This document shows positions 61,635 through 64,000 of a stretch of DNA of 64,000 nucleotides, one piece after another. The notes beneath the pieces are model-generated. The model was not told where the DNA came from and did not search any database. It was given only the letters and a program-made list of their open reading frames with translations. Within the stretch, counting starts at the first letter, position 1, and each line of letters opens with the position of its first letter. The DNA is taken from assembly GCA_043228905.1 (NCBI GenBank), contig JBHGNT010000009.1:496001-560000 (forward strand), given 5' to 3'. The position numbers and the translations under genes are program-made. This DNA is from Azolla caroliniana. Lineage: Eukaryota > Plantae > Polypodiophyta.

Positions 61635-64000
61635 GGAGATTCATATCAGATCGATGACACATTAGCGGTGGACTCTCTACAGTCTATAGGTTGAGGCCTT
61701 ACATCAATGCTTACTTTCTTACCATTCGTGTGCATTGCATGACCTTAATGCCCCAAACTTCACATTCTTTGCTTCTTGAGACATGGGTTTGGTATTTTCT
61801 CTAATTAAGTCACACCAATGACTCTAAGTATATATGACCAACACTAGAATTTGCATCCAAGAGCAGATCGTGTGTGGAATGCCGATACAGAACAAAAGAA
61901 GCAAAAGAAAGTTGTATTGCATACTTAAGATGCACCTTGCACATTTGTCGCAAATGCCAAAGGTGGAAGAACAAAATTGCAAATAATTTTATATTCATAT
62001 CCACACTGTAATATACATTCATTTTCCATCAACTTCAACTCAATGATCAGCAGAAGCTATGAGCTTTTCTTAAAATGTACCAAAACGCATCAGACATTTC
62101 TTCCTCTACATCTAATAGGTTTGTTGAAACTATGGACAGTGACCACTTGAGAATGTTGTTTATGATGGTCTATCTACTATTGATGAGGTCCTCAAAAGGT
62201 GAAGACTCTCCATACTAACAAGGTCAACGAAACCTTCCAAATACATTACCGTTAATCACTAGACATCCAAAAAAGCATGCATTTTATATGCAGGTGCAGC
62301 TGTTCTCATTTCCGATCAAAGACACACGATGGGTCATATTGATCCCCACAATCAATTGCATCTCTATAATAGTTCCAAAAACTCCTCCCAAGAACCACAA
62401 TTTGAAGCTGATTTTCTTGATGCCTAGTTTCTTTAGTGTACAAAAGAACAAATCTGAGTTTTGGGCAAATCCAAATCAGATATTTATGTGTAGATTGTAG
62501 AGAAACTACTGTAGATTTTCTCGTTTGTAACTTTGCTTAGATAAATCATTCTTACTGCGCTTTTCTATCCTGTAGTGTATGTTATCTTCAGGCATTGCCC
62601 AGTTCTTTGAGCACCTGGACTGTAATTCCTTGTTGGAGTCTCATCCATTTTCTGTGCTTACTATCCTATCCCCTCAACCATACCAACACTATAAACCATA
62701 TTTTAATTTGTAACAATCAATTTCATTGCCTCTGGAATGAATGTTTCCAATAACATAACATGCAGAATACAGCTTGAACGTTAAGTACTTCAAGAATTTT
62801 GTAATTTGTAAGTACCCATATCCATTCAAAGTAACTACATTACTTCAATTTTATTTCTGTACCATTAAAGTGTTATCGTTCATCTTCGGGCAATTATAGG
62901 CATTGATACTGCTTGCATTCTACTAGCTAGATCCAAAGGTATTTGAAACAAGCCTAAGTTTAGTGTAATTGCTATTGCAATATCGAAGAATCAGCTTAAA
63001 TTTTTTGGAGCATGTAGTTCAAGACAATTGAAATAATTTTAGAACATCATTTCCAACAACAAATAACTTCAACATGCTTCACTAAGTTCATTGTTACCAG
63101 CAGTTTGAAATAAATTAATGTAGAGTAAGTGAAGCCATAGAAAACGGGTCTCAAGTGATAGGTTTATGTAACATTGATAAAGTTACCAAAGAGGTGTCTA
63201 AAACTATTGACATGTGGGAAGTCATTATGCTAGACATTAGATCCATAGCAATTTGTCGGGGTATTAATGTTTGAGGTGTCACCCATCCTAGTGGTATATA
63301 TATAATGATGTGGTTAATGAATAGTAAAGTTCTCCAAATTGGTATGGCTAGCAAAATCAATTGTTTGAGGCTTCCCCCATCTATCCAAGTTGACTCTAGA
63401 ACCATTGGCATTGCCTTACAACATTCCTCATTGGTGCCAAATTTGTCCTTTTGCATAGAAGCACTACTAAAGCCCAATATGGAACTTACAATAGCTTTTA
63501 AAAAGGGCCCAATATGAGACTTGCAATTTGTGGAAGAACAATGAGATTAAATGGTGTCAAATAACATAAGGATCTTCTATGTAATTTTAAAATCAAAAGA
63601 AAAAACAAGATTGAAAAATTAAACATTTAGCAAAGATATAAAGCTCAAATACAAGAGTTTATGGAGGAATGGGCATTTTTCACAAAAATCCAAATATCCT
63701 TGTATGCATTATGAACTCATAAGCTACGGTTATTTTGTAAAAAACCTGAGCAGTATCTTGAAACACAATGAGCACTTCTACAAAATCTCAATTGGAGATG
63801 ACATCTATGAGGGACCATGGTATAATAAAGACCAATTCTACCAACAAGCATCAAAGAATCTCCTAGCACATTAACTTATTTACATGTTTTAGTTGGCCAA
63901 CAATTAACCTTCAGGAGAATTTGAAAAAATTATAGCATAGTCAATGATTTTGATTTCAACCCATCCTCTTTATTTCTTGGTGACTGTGACTCTGAAATCT

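Overview
Nuclear DNA of a land plant, probably a fern or other seed-free vascular plant (inferred from GT-AG intron genes, long intronless PLS-type PPR genes and many (CT)n tracts). Seven host genes: an 11-exon R1R2R3-MYB (MYB3R); a 3-exon unknown gene with an MGCGVSK acylation start; a divergent 4-exon unknown membrane protein; a GH16 XTH with an unusual (Ser-Pro)n stalk and GPI-signal-like tail; a 10-exon DUF676 serine hydrolase; and two head-to-head PLS-E PPR genes. Mobile DNA: an intact ~6.3-kb L1-clade LINE (39437-45772); a decayed copy of the same family with a twin-priming-type 5' inversion and 16-bp TSD (5528-8731); a 15-bp-TSD-flanked chimeric insert of PPR pieces plus three permuted, intronless cullin-1 pieces (3082-3724); a Mutator-like element filled with a fragment of another LINE; and two copies of a hAT-type MITE. 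The most notable signals are the evidence for mammalian-L1-like LINE behaviour (5' inversion, multi-template chimera, shared T|A(A)GA target start) and the putatively GPI-anchored XTH. All exon models and family calls were made by eye, without database searches.
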